A DNA stretch of 64,000 nt, from the NCBI GenBank assembly GCA_963773005.1, contig CAVYZR010000004.1, forward strand, positions 20,398 through 84,397, written 5' to 3'. Below are positions 55,556 through 63,032 of this stretch, in pieces. Made by a program: the position numbers and the translations under genes. Positions within the stretch are counted from its first letter, which is position 1, and every line of letters begins with the position of its first letter. The notes beneath the pieces were generated by a model. The model was not told where the DNA came from. It was given only the letters and a program-made list of their open reading frames with translations, and searched no databases. The stretch comes from an uncultured Acidobacteriota bacterium. Its GTDB lineage: Bacteria > Acidobacteriota > Vicinamibacteria > Vicinamibacterales > 2-12-FULL-66-21.

Positions 55556-56133
55556 TGGCCCGCCGCACTGTCTTGCTCGGTGCGATCGCAGCAGTCGCGA
55601 TCGCTGGGGGCTGGTGGCTCCGGTCGTCGCCTCGTCGTGTGTCGGGTGGCTCGACCGCCACGACGACGCCAGCGTCAACCACGGCCGACGCCAGGAAAAT
55701 CACCGCGACGCTTTATTTCGTGTCGGAGGACGGGATGTCGCTCGTCGGCGTCCAGCGCGAAGTTGCGTTCGGCGAGACGGTCCTCGACCAGGCAAAGCAG
55801 ATCGTGACGGCGCAACTGGCCGCCGGGCCCGCGCCGCTCGTCTCGGCGATCCCGCCCAGCACGACCTTGCGGGCGATCTATCTGACGGAGCGCGGCGACG
55901 CGTTCGTCGACTTGAGCGCCACCGCCCGAACCGCGCACCCCGGCGGCGCCCTCGACGAGCTCTTCACGGTCTACTCGATCGTCAACGCCCTCACGACCAA
56001 CCTGCCGGCGGTCAAGCGCGTGCAGATCCTCGTCGAGGGCAAGGAGGTCGACACGCTGGCCGGCCACGTCGATCTCCGGCATCCCCTGCAGAAAAACCTG
56101 AAATGGGTCAGGACGGATAAAGGCGATACATGA
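55555..56133 (+). CDS. GerMN-domain protein
   Basis: [22 protein letters not shown]...AYVDLS...[19 protein letters not shown] fits the GerMN pattern. ATG 55555 directly follows TTG 55552 in frame. The stop overlaps the rph start. Confidence 0.75.
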   Translation: MARRTVLLGAIAAVAIAGGWWLRSSPRRVSGGSTATTTPASTTADARKITATLYFVSEDGMSLVGVQREVAFGETVLDQAKQIVTAQLAAGPAPLVSAIPPSTTLRAIYLTERGDAFVDLSATARTAHPGGALDELFTVYSIVNALTTNLPAVKRVQILVEGKEVDTLAGHVDLRHPLQKNLKWVRTDKGDT

Positions 56134-56876
56134 CACGTAGCGACGGACGGATGTCGGCGGAACTGCGACCGACGAAACTCACACCGGGATTCCTCCTTCA
56201 CGCAGAAGGCTCGGTCCTCATCGAAGTCGGACGGACCCGCGTTGTCTGCGCGGCGAGCGTCGAAGACCGCGTGCCGCCGTTCCTCCGCAACACGGGAAAG
56301 GGTTGGGTCACAGCCGAATACGGCATGCTGCCGCGCGCCACGTCGACGCGCACCCAACGCGAGGCCTCGGCAGGCAAGGTGGGCGGACGCACTCAGGAGA
56401 TCCAACGGCTGATTGGCCGCTCGTTGCGATCGGTCACGCGCCTGCCGGAACTTGGCGAGCGCACCATCTGGGTCGACTGCGACGTCATCCAGGCGGACGG
56501 GGGTACGCGCACTGCCTCGATCACCGGCGGGTTCGTCGCGATGGTGCTCGCCATGCAGCGGATGCGCGAATCGGGACAGATCAAGTCGATCCCCGTGCAC
56601 GACTACGTCGCGGCGACGAGCGTCGGCGTGGTCGGCGGCATGCCGATGCTCGACCTTGCCTACGAGGAAGATTCCCGCGCCGACGTCGACATGAACATCG
56701 TCAAAACCGGTGATGGCCGGTTCATCGAGCTTCAGGGGACGGCTGAAGGCCCGCCATTCGAGCGTCAGGCGCTCGACGACCTGATGGCCCTCGGCGACAA
56801 GGGCATTCGCGAGCTCGTGGCGCTGCAGCAGGCCATCGTCGGCGCCCTCCTCCCCCAGGCCGGCGCGCGGGTATGA
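56130..56876 (+). CDS. rph: Ribonuclease PH
   Basis: RSDGR...[34 protein letters not shown]...[19 protein letters not shown]...[19 protein letters not shown]. Confidence 0.95.
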   Translation: MTRSDGRMSAELRPTKLTPGFLLHAEGSVLIEVGRTRVVCAASVEDRVPPFLRNTGKGWVTAEYGMLPRATSTRTQREASAGKVGGRTQEIQRLIGRSLRSVTRLPELGERTIWVDCDVIQADGGTRTASITGGFVAMVLAMQRMRESGQIKSIPVHDYVAATSVGVVGGMPMLDLAYEEDSRADVDMNIVKTGDGRFIELQGTAEGPPFERQALDDLMALGDKGIRELVALQQAIVGALLPQAGARV

Positions 56877-57463
56877 AGGCGCTGGTCGTGGCCACGACCA
56901 ATCCCGGGAAAGTCCGCGAGATCACCGGCATCCTTTCGGGCGCTGCCGGGGTCGAGCTCGTTCCGCTCGACCGGTTTCCCGGCCTCGACGAACCAGACGA
57001 GACCGGCGCGACGTTTGCGGAGAACGCGCGGCTGAAGGCGCTCTACTACGAGGCAGCCACCGGGTTGCCGTGCGTCGCCGACGATTCGGGCCTCGAAATT
57101 GCGGCGCTCGACAACGCCCCCGGCGTCCACTCGGCGCGCTGGCATGGCACCGACTACGCGGTCAAGTTTCAGAAGATCTACGAGCTCCTGAAGGAGCGTG
57201 GCGCCCGCGGCAGCGCGGCCCGGTTCGTCTGCCACGTCGCGCTCGCCGCGGATGGCCGCGTCGTCTACGAATCCACCGGCATCGTCAACGGCGAGATCGC
57301 GCCAGAACCGCGCGGCACCAATGGTTTCGGCTACGACCCGATCTTCTACTACCCGCCGTTTCAGTGCACCCTGGCTGAGCTCGACCTTGATCGAAAAGCA
57401 ACTGTCAGCCACAGGGGCCAGGCGTTTGGCGAGCTCAGGCAAATGCTGAATGCTGAGTGCTGA
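56873..57463 (+). CDS. rdgB: Non-canonical purine NTP pyrophosphatase (RdgB/HAM1 family)
   Basis: [13 protein letters not shown]...[14 protein letters not shown]...[11 protein letters not shown]...PGVHSARW...GFGYDPIF. The last codons and the stop lie in the left arm of hairpin H3. Confidence 0.9.
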   Translation: MKALVVATTNPGKVREITGILSGAAGVELVPLDRFPGLDEPDETGATFAENARLKALYYEAATGLPCVADDSGLEIAALDNAPGVHSARWHGTDYAVKFQKIYELLKERGARGSAARFVCHVALAADGRVVYESTGIVNGEIAPEPRGTNGFGYDPIFYYPPFQCTLAELDLDRKATVSHRGQAFGELRQMLNAEC

Positions 57464-57554
57464 ATGGTGAAGTGAATTCAGAATTTTGACTTCGAATTGA
57501 ACGTCGAAGTGGGCAATTCGAAATTCACTTCAGCATTCAGCATTCAGCATTCAG
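57444..57554. repeat. H3: nested palindromic element with heptamer-repeat arms
   Basis: Left arm atgctga/atgctga/gtgctga/atggtga/agtgaat. Right arm attcact/tcagcat/tcagcat/tcagcat/tcag, about 35 bp complementary with 2 mismatches. Inner hairpin ACTTCGA-N8-TCGAAGT at 57489-57510. Confidence 0.9.
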
Positions 57555-57611
57555 AATTGCTTCCAACCCTCCTCCCCCCTCGCCCGTCCAACCCCCTCGA
57601 GGAACGACTTT

Positions 57612-58682
57612 ATGAAGACTCTTGTGCTGACGGCTTCGCTGCTCTCGGCCGCGGGACTGCCCCCGATGGCGCCTCCGGTCACGATCGAACAGCCACAAAC
57701 GCTGGATGGGACGTGGCGTGCCCGTCTGCAGGACACCTGGACCAGGAAAGACGGCGAGCGCTGGGTGTCCCTCCAGCTCGAAACGGATAGCGACCGCAAC
57801 TTCGGTTTTTCGATCCCGATGGAAGAGCTCGAGGGGCTCGGGGCGCGCGGGGACCGTTGGACGGCGAGCGATGTCCGCTTCAATGTCCGGCGCGATGCCG
57901 GCACCGTTGATTTTCAGGGCAATTTCTTAGACGGGCGCGGCAGCGGAACGTGGCGTTTCGTACCGAACGCCGAGTTCGTCTCGACCATGCGCACAACCTA
58001 CCCGGAGCTGTCGTCCGATCAGGTCTTCAAGCTCGCGATTCACGACGTGAGCCGCAGCTTCATCGCGGCGATGAGTCAGGAAGGTTACGTCCGTCCGTCG
58101 CTGGACGAATTGACCAAGATGCGTATCCACGGCGTCGATGCTGGCTACGTCCAGGGGTTGAGGAAGGCAGGCTACAGCAACCTGACCGTCGGCGAGCTCG
58201 TCAAGACGCGCATCCACGGAGCCACGCCGGCCTTTGCGCAGGAGGTCAGCGCCGCTGGCTTCGACAAAGTGTCAATCGACGACCTCGTCAAGATGCGCAT
58301 TCACGGCGTCACCCCGGAGTTCGTGCGCGAGCTGAAGGACCTCGGTTACAAAGATCTGCGCGTCGACGACGTCGTCAAGCTGCGCATTCACGGCGCCTCT
58401 CCGACGTACATTCGAGAGATGGGGGAACTTGGCTACAAGAACGTTGCGCTGAACGACGTCGTCCGCATGCGCATCCACGGCGTGACCGCGCAGTACGTCA
58501 AGGAACTGCGCGATCTCGGCTACAACAATGTGTCAGTCGACGATCTCGTGCGGATGCGCATTCACGGCGTGACACCGGAGTTCATCCGCGACGTCAACGC
58601 GGCCGGGTTCAAGAACATGACCGTCGCCGATCTCGTCGACTTCAGCATCCACGGGCGACGCTGGCTCAAGAAGCGAGCGTAG
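57612..58682 (+). CDS. Exported protein with about 8 tandem 29-aa repeats (L-x-KMRIHGV-x-PE-F-x-x-L-x-x-x-GY-x-x-L-x-V-DD)
   Basis: It has a signal peptide MKTLVLTASLLSAAG and GAGGA 9 nt upstream of the ATG. The repeats are visible at both protein and DNA (87-nt) level from about 58100 onward. Confidence 0.8.
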   Translation: MKTLVLTASLLSAAGLPPMAPPVTIEQPQTLDGTWRARLQDTWTRKDGERWVSLQLETDSDRNFGFSIPMEELEGLGARGDRWTASDVRFNVRRDAGTVDFQGNFLDGRGSGTWRFVPNAEFVSTMRTTYPELSSDQVFKLAIHDVSRSFIAAMSQEGYVRPSLDELTKMRIHGVDAGYVQGLRKAGYSNLTVGELVKTRIHGATPAFAQEVSAAGFDKVSIDDLVKMRIHGVTPEFVRELKDLGYKDLRVDDVVKLRIHGASPTYIREMGELGYKNVALNDVVRMRIHGVTAQYVKELRDLGYNNVSVDDLVRMRIHGVTPEFIRDVNAAGFKNMTVADLVDFSIHGRRWLKKRA

Positions 58683-58712
58683 CAGCGCATCATCACCCTG
58701 CCGCAGTGCCGT

Positions 58713-59600
58713 TCACGCTCGTTCGATAGGCAGCTGAGCGTAAAGCTCAAAGTGCTCCGTGCCGTGGGCGAACGGTCTTCCGATCCACGCCTCGAAGCCT
58801 GGCTGATCATCGGGCACGTAGCCGCTCCTCGGAAGCCACGTCCCGTACAGCCATTGGAGGGCGCGGAGTTCGAGGTCGATCCCGCCGCGAACTTCGACTT
58901 GGGCGACGGTCATCGGCGGAAAGCTGAACCTGCCGATCTCTCCGCCGGGGACGAATCGCTCGGCTTCGACGGCGACGTGATACTGGCAATCTTCCAGGGA
59001 CGTGATCTCAGGGTTGTCCCATTGGTACCCGAGCCACTGGCCGTCGGCCAGTGAGTTTCGCTCCGCCCACGTGATCAGGCGCTGGGTCGCTTTGGCGACG
59101 CCGTCGCCCCGATAGGGATTGAGGACTCGGATGTACGCCACCGTGCGCGCGGGTAGATCGCGGATCCTCACTCTGAATCCGTCGGGATTGTGCGCGGCGG
59201 GCAAACGGCCCAGATGCAACCGACCGGCCGGCTCTGGAACCATCGCTTGCAGCTCGGTGCCGTGCGCCTCGCGCCACCCCTTGATGTCGAACGCGCTGGC
59301 GGCCGTTCCGTAGCGCTGCTTGAAGCATCGTGAGAAGTCAGACGAAGACGAAAACCCGCACTTCAGCGCGATCGTCGTGAGCGAGGACCGCGGCGCGTGG
59401 GCCATCATGACGAGCGCCCGTTCAAGCCTCAACCGTTTCACGAACTCGGCGAGCGTCTCTCCCACCAGGACCTGGAACACACGGTGGAAGTGGAACGGCG
59501 ACAGCCGCGCGGCACGCGCAACGTCCGCGAGCCGCAACGGCTCCCCGAGATGACCCACCACGTGATCGATGGCGAGGTTGACCCGTTCGACGTACGCCAT
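58713..59600 (-). CDS. AraC-family transcriptional regulator with GyrI-like effector domain
   Basis: HTH segments RLADVARAARLSPFHFHRVFQVLVGETLAEFVKRLRLERA and TIALKCGFSSSSDFSRCFKQRYG. The C-terminal GyrI-like half is present. I placed the start at ATG 59600. Confidence 0.85.
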   Translation of the reverse strand: MAYVERVNLAIDHVVGHLGEPLRLADVARAARLSPFHFHRVFQVLVGETLAEFVKRLRLERALVMMAHAPRSSLTTIALKCGFSSSSDFSRCFKQRYGTAASAFDIKGWREAHGTELQAMVPEPAGRLHLGRLPAAHNPDGFRVRIRDLPARTVAYIRVLNPYRGDGVAKATQRLITWAERNSLADGQWLGYQWDNPEITSLEDCQYHVAVEAERFVPGGEIGRFSFPPMTVAQVEVRGGIDLELRALQWLYGTWLPRSGYVPDDQPGFEAWIGRPFAHGTEHFELYAQLPIERA

Positions 59601-59728
59601 CGAGGTGGTGCTGCGGGTTTTCACACCTGTTCGCAAGATTTGGCAAGCCCTCCACGCCGCGATTTGTATGATGACGTGCCGGACGCGGCGTTCAGGGATA
59701 CTCAGCCGGAATCGGAGCTGCCCATGGT

Positions 59729-60239
59729 ATGAGCGCGATTCATCATAATCGTTTTCGCGTGTGTTCTCGGCGGATGCGGTTCCCAGCCCGCCCCGGCGAC
59801 CCCACAAACCCCGCTCGCCACCACCGGCCCGGCTTCAGGAGATGATCAGATGCAACTCGGGAACTTTTCAGTCAGTCTCGCCGTGAAGGACATCGCCGCC
59901 TCCCGGGCGTTCTACGAAACACTCGGCTTCAAGCAGATCGCCGGCGACCAGGCACAGAACTGGTTGATCCTTCAGAACTCAACCAGCACCATCGGGCTCT
60001 TTCAAGGGCCGCAGTACACCAGGAACATGCTGACGTTCAATCCGGGGTGGGACCGAACCGGCAGCACCCTGCCGGACTTTGACGATGTGCGCGACATTCA
60101 GCGGACACTCAAGGGTCGAGGCCTCGTGCCGACCGCGATGGCCGATGAGTCTTCCACGGGCCCCGCAAGCATGGTGCTGACGGATCCCGACGGGAACCCG
60201 ATCCTGATCGATCAGCACGTGCCCAAGCCACGGAAGTAA
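59729..60239 (+). CDS. Glyoxalase/VOC-family protein, probably a lipoprotein whose signal peptide is out of frame by one extra base near 59738-59741
   Basis: The VOC core MQLGNFSVSLAVKDIAASRAFYETLGF starts at ATG 59850. The same frame upstream reads ARFIIIVFACVLGGCGSQPAP with no start codon. ATG 59729 (GGAG upstream) is one base out of frame. Removing one t gives MSAIIIIVFACVLGGCGSQ. Confidence 0.7.
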
Positions 60240-60245
60240 CCGTCG

Positions 60246-61055
60246 TCAGGAGAGAAGCTGTCCGCGCGGCGCTCCGAATAGAAACTCCAGCGCCTGCGGA
60301 AATCGCCCCGCCCAGGCGGCCTCCGAGTGCGCCGCGCCGGACTCGACCGTCATCCGGAGCCGGCGCGCGCCCAGCCCTGACTTCCGCAGGATCGTCTCGA
60401 GCCGGCGCACGTTGAGGACCGTTTCGCGATTCCAATCGTCCCGCCACGTCTCGGCTGTCCCCACACCGAGATAGACGCGCTGCGGCCAGCGCCGGACCTT
60501 GCGCGCCTGCCGCAACAACGCGCCGCCGCCAACGTAGAGCGAGGGACTCTCCAGCAGCAGCCGGCCGAATCGTCCAGGACACTTCATCGCCGTGAAGAGA
60601 GCCGCGACGGCGCCATAGGACGAGCCACCGAACGCGGTGCTCGACGCGCCGCGCGCGACCGGGTACTCGCGCTCGATGAACGGCATCAGCTCAGTCGTCA
60701 CGAACGACGCATATTCAGGCGCCAGCGGATCGCGCGCGAATGGATTGCGATCGTCCTCGACCGGCAAGTATTCGCGCGCCCGCCGAAGCTCGCCGTGATC
60801 GATGCCGACGATGACGAGCGGAGGAATCAGGCGGCGCTCGATGAGCCAGGCAGCGGTTTCGGCGACGCGCCAGGTCACACCCGTATAGGCGCGGGATGAG
60901 TCGAAGAGGTTCTGTCCATCGTTGAGATAGAGCACCGGCCCACGCGCAAGCACTCGCGCACCGTCGGGTACCCACACGGTGATCCGCCTCGACAGACCGA
61001 GCACGGCGCTTGCAAACTTGATCGTGTCTGATGAGTAAGGCTGAGCTTCCGTCAT
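60246..61055 (-). CDS. Alpha/beta-hydrolase esterase (enterochelin-esterase / putative esterase family)
   Basis: YLNDGQNLFD, VIVGIDHG, and the nucleophile elbow FGGSSYG. Confidence 0.8.
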   Translation of the reverse strand: MTEAQPYSSDTIKFASAVLGLSRRITVWVPDGARVLARGPVLYLNDGQNLFDSSRAYTGVTWRVAETAAWLIERRLIPPLVIVGIDHGELRRAREYLPVEDDRNPFARDPLAPEYASFVTTELMPFIEREYPVARGASSTAFGGSSYGAVAALFTAMKCPGRFGRLLLESPSLYVGGGALLRQARKVRRWPQRVYLGVGTAETWRDDWNRETVLNVRRLETILRKSGLGARRLRMTVESGAAHSEAAWAGRFPQALEFLFGAPRGQLLS

Positions 61056-62215
61056 CGTTTTTCACGTTACACTTCCAAAAAGGGGAAGTCGTTACCCTGT
61101 CTACGGCCCACCGGTATTCTCTCGCGATTCTCATCAGTCTTACCGCGATACTCCTGCGCACGGTGATGGCCCCGCTGTGGGAGACCACGGCACCGTTCGC
61201 GCTCTTCATGTTTGCCACGGTCGTGACGGCGTGGCGGGCGGGCCAGGGTCCGGCGATCCTCACTGGCGCGATCGGGTTCGCCACCCGACTCTACTTCGAC
61301 TCGCCTCCGGGACCTGGTCAACTGCCGTACACGTGGGAAGAGATGGTTCGGCTGACGCTCTACGCCGGTTTCGTCGTCGGAACGAGCGTCATTCTGGATC
61401 GGATGCGCGAAGATCGTCGCGCGCTCGAAGAACGCATTCTCGATGCCCGGCGAGAAATCGACGAGCGCCGTCGGGTCGAGGCCGCGCTCGAAGCGGCGCG
61501 CGCCAGCGCGGAAGGCGCCAATCGGCTCAAGGACGAGTTCCTGGCGCTCGTCTCGCACGAGCTGCGAACACCGCTCAATGCGATCATCGGCTGGGTCGCG
61601 CTGCTGCGCAGCGGCGCGGTGCCGCCGGAGCGCTCGCCCTACGCGCTCGAAATCATCGAGAAGAACGCCAACGCGCAGGCGAAGCTGGTGACCGACCTGC
61701 TCGACATCGCCCGCAGCCTCACCGGTCAGATCGAGCTCGATGCAGCTGCCATCGACCTGAACACCACCGTGCGCGGCGTCGTCGAATCCTCGCGAAAGTC
61801 CGCGGCCGCGCGCCAGATCGCGATCTCGATGACCAGCGAAGAGGGACCACTCACCGTATGGGGCGATCTCGAACGCCTGCAGCAGGTCGCGGCACACCTG
61901 CTCTCGAACGCCATCAAGTTCGCGCCCGCAGGCGGGCAGATCGGCGTGACACTTGGGCGCAACAATGGAACGGCGGAGCTCGTCGTCACCAACACTGGCG
62001 AGGGTATTCAGCCGGAGTTCGCTTCACACCTCTTCGAGCCGTTCCGTCAGGGAGAAACCGGATCGACGCGCCGGTACGGCGGGCTGGGTCTCGGGTTGGC
62101 GCTCGTCCACCAGCTCGTGCGGCTCCACGGCGGGTCGGTGTCCGGTGCCCCGGCTGGGCCTGACGGCGGCGCCCGCTTCACCGTGCGGTTGCCGCTGCGC
62201 GCAACCGTTCAGTAA
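61031..62215 (+). CDS. Sensor histidine kinase (membrane DUF4118-like N-terminus, HisKA, HATPase_c)
   Basis: H-box LALVSHELRTPLNAI. ATPase boxes LLSNAIKFAP, NTGEGI and GGLGLGLALV. ATG 61031 would overlap the divergent esterase start by 25 nt, so the start is uncertain. Confidence 0.85.
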   Translation: MSKAELPSSFFTLHFQKGEVVTLSTAHRYSLAILISLTAILLRTVMAPLWETTAPFALFMFATVVTAWRAGQGPAILTGAIGFATRLYFDSPPGPGQLPYTWEEMVRLTLYAGFVVGTSVILDRMREDRRALEERILDARREIDERRRVEAALEAARASAEGANRLKDEFLALVSHELRTPLNAIIGWVALLRSGAVPPERSPYALEIIEKNANAQAKLVTDLLDIARSLTGQIELDAAAIDLNTTVRGVVESSRKSAAARQIAISMTSEEGPLTVWGDLERLQQVAAHLLSNAIKFAPAGGQIGVTLGRNNGTAELVVTNTGEGIQPEFASHLFEPFRQGETGSTRRYGGLGLGLALVHQLVRLHGGSVSGAPAGPDGGARFTVRLPLRATVQ

Positions 62216-62464
62216 AGCAGCATGCTCCTGGCGCCGAGCTCGAGCTGGCGAAGCTGCTCGAGTGCCGGCGGCAAACCACTCGGGACGTTCGGATCGGACG
62301 GATACGACGGCAGCGTCTCCGTACGGCCCGTGCCGTCCTTGAGTTCGAGCAACGTCCGCTCGAGTGACGAGGGCAGGACGAGCGGCGAGTCCTTGGGGAC
62401 TGGTTGATTCCTGGACCGCGGAACCGGAGCGTCGTTCACCAGCAGGCACACCGAAACTGCAACG

Positions 62465-62929
62465 GTGCCGACAAGCATCAACGCCGTCGCAGACATCAAG
62501 CCGATGACCGACGCTCTGAGTCCATCGCTCGTGCCCGCGCAGGCCGGCGCTGTGGTGACGAGCGGCTTTGGCGCGCTCGGCGCGATCCTCGCGATGATGG
62601 GCATCTACGGTCTCGTGGCGTTTACCGTCGCTCAACGCACGCGTGAGATTGGCATCCGCAGGGCCGTCGGCGCCAGCACGTCCGCGATCGTCGCGCTCAT
62701 CGTTGCTGGCACCGCGCGTCCGGTGGCCATCGGACTCATCGGCGGCCTCGCCCTCGGAATTCTTGGCGCCCGCGCGCTCAGCGGCTTTGTCGTCGGCGTT
62801 TCTGCTGTGGACCCGCTGACGCTGGCTGGAACGACGGTGCTCGTAGTGGGAGCGACCTTCGCCGCAAGCGCGTTCCCGGCGCTGCGTGCCGCGAAGATCG
62901 ATCCGTTGGGGGCGTTGAAGGCGGAGTGA
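62465..62929 (+). pseudogene. 3' fragment of an FtsX/MacB-type (ADOP-like) ABC permease
   Basis: Only the last FtsX module is present (GALGAILAMMGIYGLVAFTVAQRTREIGIRRAVGAS...FPALRAAKIDPLGALKAE*). An in-frame stop lies at 62405-62407, and there is no upstream permease sequence. Confidence 0.7.
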
Positions 62930-62933
62930 GCGG

Positions 62934-63030
62934 GGTCAAGGCTCAAGGCTCAGGGCTCACGCAAGTTCTTCGAGTAAGTGTTCGAAGGTTTTTGCCTGAG
63001 CCTTGAGCCCTGAGCCGTGAGCCGTGAGCC
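62934..63030. repeat. H2: nested palindromic element with heptamer-repeat arms; the inner hairpin plus T-tract looks like a terminator
   Basis: Left arm ggtcaag/gctcaag/gctcagg/gctcacg. Inner hairpin CTTCGA-N8-TCGAAG (62968-62987) followed by gttttt. Right arm cctgagc/cttgagc/cctgagc/cgtgagc/cgtgagc. It lies between convergent genes. Confidence 0.85.
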
Positions 63031-63032
63031 TT

